A stretch of DNA of 21,459 nucleotides. Origin: Tubiluchus corallicola (lineage: Eukaryota > Animalia > Priapulida). The first letter of the stretch is position 1; each line of letters opens with the position of its first letter. The DNA is taken from NCBI GenBank assembly GCA_030141605.1, contig JAQGDQ010000955.1:1-21459 (forward strand), given 5' to 3'. Positions 20,851 through 21,459 of the stretch are shown piece after piece. The notes beneath the pieces were generated by a model that worked only from the letters and a program-made list of their open reading frames with translations, was not told the DNA's origin and did not search any database. Both the position numbers and the translations under genes were made by a program.

Positions 20851-21459
20851 TCAATACTTACCTAATTTGATACATTAAAACAGTACATATTGCATCATTC
20901 TGTCCTAAAATCACACTAGTAATGTAAACAGTGTAAGCATTATACACTTTGCTGTTTGTTTATCACGGACTCGCTGTTTCGCGGGTTTTCAAAAATATTA
21001 ATGTAAAATATTTATTGCGGTATCTTCGCTGTTTCGCGGGTTTTTGCGGTGCTCCGTCTAAAGTATTTTTGCTTGAGATGCTACTTGCCGATGTGACATT
21101 GTACACAACACACGATTGGTTGATTGATGGAAAGCGACCAACCAGAGAATGCTAAAATAATGTATAACTACTAAAATAAGTATAGCGTCCCTACTTCGCG
21201 GAAATTCACTTATCGCGGGTGGGACAGGAACGGAACACCCGTGATAAGTGAGGGAACACTGTGTACATTTTTGCTTCCCGACTAAATGCTAGCCATTTAT
21301 ATCAATTGAGACCAGCAAGCAAATTTTACACGTTGAATCCTCGATTACTTACACAGATGTATAATGTTTTTATAGAGCTGCTCCAATTGCTCGTGCTTTG
21401 GACCTAGGTGCAAACATTGTGGTCACTGGACGATGCGTGGACAGCGCTTTAAACCGGCC
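10810..21459 (+). CDS. AtuA/DUF1446 (acyclic terpene utilisation family) protein gene, 5' portion. Exons: 10810-11008, 12232-12332, 13474-13543, 15896-16029, 20480-20568, 21376->21459.
   Basis: The spliced product shows the AtuA-family motifs in order: [83 protein letters not shown]. All introns are GT-AG with consistent phases (1,0,1,0,2). Confidence 0.9.
11556..11623 (-). mobile_element. Degenerate tRNA-like SINE head or tRNA pseudogene
   Basis: Minus strand has A-box-like TAACTCATTTG and B-box GGTTCAAATC at tRNA-like spacing. No clean cloverleaf. Confidence 0.4.
12232..12332 (+). CDS. AtuA-like exon 2
   Basis: Acceptor TTTTGTTTTAG|. Peptide (A)[33 protein letters not shown]. Donor CCA|GTGAGT. 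Confidence 0.9.
13474..13543 (+). CDS. AtuA-like exon 3
   Basis: Acceptor T-rich GCTGCAG|. Peptide ELGYAPDFVQASVAPFLKDIKSK(G). Donor AAG|GTAGAC. Confidence 0.9.
13574..15654. repeat. 33-bp minisatellite, ~63 copies (TTAGATAGGTGTTTGATGAACTGCACAGATTGG), in AtuA-like intron 3
   Basis: Head-to-tail copies with recurring variant units. Confidence 0.97.
15896..16029 (+). CDS. AtuA-like exon 4
   Basis: Acceptor TGTGCAG|. Peptide (G)[44 protein letters not shown]. Donor TTG|GTGAGT. Confidence 0.9.
16027..16974. repeat. 28-bp minisatellite array 1, ~34 copies (TTGGTGAGTAAGTTGTAAGCTTCGTTAC)
   Basis: Begins in the last codon of AtuA-like exon 4 and includes its splice donor. Confidence 0.97.
16983..17414 (-). 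mobile_element. Solo-LTR-like unit, copy 1 (432 bp)
   Basis: TGTTG...CAACA termini, minus-strand TATAA, repeated GAACATTCTA motifs. Near-identical to 17634-18063 and 18909-19344. No clear 4-5 bp TSD. Confidence 0.55.
17426..17625. repeat. 28-bp minisatellite array 2, ~7 copies
   Basis: Same unit as array 1, with one rearranged copy near 17480. Confidence 0.95.
17634..18063 (-). mobile_element. Solo-LTR-like unit, copy 2 (430 bp)
   Basis: Same termini and body as copy 1, with a few substitutions and a 2-bp indel. Confidence 0.55.
18075..18900. repeat. 28-bp minisatellite array 3, ~29 copies
   Basis: Same unit as array 1. Confidence 0.95.
18909..19344 (-). mobile_element. Solo-LTR-like unit, copy 3 (436 bp)
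   Basis: Left half nearly identical to copy 2. The 19175-19260 segment is more diverged. Confidence 0.55.
19395..19850. mobile_element. Degenerate second copy of the 7229-7610 MITE family, hosting a 31-bp minisatellite
   Basis: Colinear similarity to 7390-7600 on both sides of the minisatellite. Boundaries approximate. Confidence 0.5.
19557..19714. repeat. 31-bp minisatellite, 5 copies (TCACAGCTGAATGTGCTGATTCCATGATGTT)
   Basis: Five nearly identical tandem copies. Confidence 0.95.
19973..20239. repeat. Local tandem duplication (~120-130 bp, period 147 bp)
   Basis: GCGCTACCTCTTCTGTCCTCTCTGCCTTCCCTT...AAAACTAGGCAAGTCAACTCTG occurs at 19973-20104 and 20120-20239. Confidence 0.9.
20480..20568 (+). 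CDS. AtuA-like exon 5
   Basis: Acceptor ATTTTCCAG|. Peptide KSDLEAAGVTEMDSGMKFPKTVHSMNAYL(G). Donor GG|GTACAA, phase 2. Confidence 0.88.
20820..20847. repeat. (TC)14 microsatellite
   Basis: Direct observation. Confidence 0.95.
20955..21261. mobile_element. Tigger/pogo-like MITE remnant
   Basis: Right end CCCTACTTCGCGGAAATTCACTTATCGCGG...CCCGTGATAAGTGAGGGAACACTG resembles pogo/Tigger TIRs. Repeated TCGCTGTTTCGCGGG motifs inside. Left TIR not intact. Confidence 0.5.
21376..21459 (+). CDS. AtuA-like exon 6 (truncated by window end)
   Basis: Acceptor TTTTTATAG|A. Peptide [25 protein letters not shown]... Confidence 0.88.

Noticed and set aside
10810-21459. Bacterial contamination or recent horizontal transfer of atuA
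   Set aside because: The gene has at least five spliceosomal introns filled with host repeats and is physically linked to a metazoan JIP3 gene.

Overview
This is AT-rich animal (invertebrate, protostome-like) genomic DNA, not a prokaryotic locus. Two intron-containing genes sit head-to-head, with only 353 bp between their start codons. On the minus strand is the 5' part of a JIP3/JIP4 (MAPK8IP3/SPAG9; Sunday driver/UNC-16) scaffold gene: 9 coding exons, 10456 down to 1223, continuing past the left edge. On the plus strand is the 5' part of an AtuA/DUF1446-family gene with a mitochondrial-type presequence: 6 coding exons from 10810 to the right edge. The introns hold MITEs (hAT, Tc1/pogo-type and unclassified), a tRNA-derived SINE, GA microsatellites and 38-, 33-, 31- and 28-bp minisatellites. 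The most unusual structure is intron 4 of the AtuA-like gene. There the exon-4 splice donor itself is amplified about 70 times as a 28-bp repeat, interleaved with three copies of a ~430-bp TG...CA LTR-like unit carrying heat-shock-element-like motifs and an antisense TATA box. Most long ORFs in the track are repeat artefacts. I find no convincing new protein-coding system.
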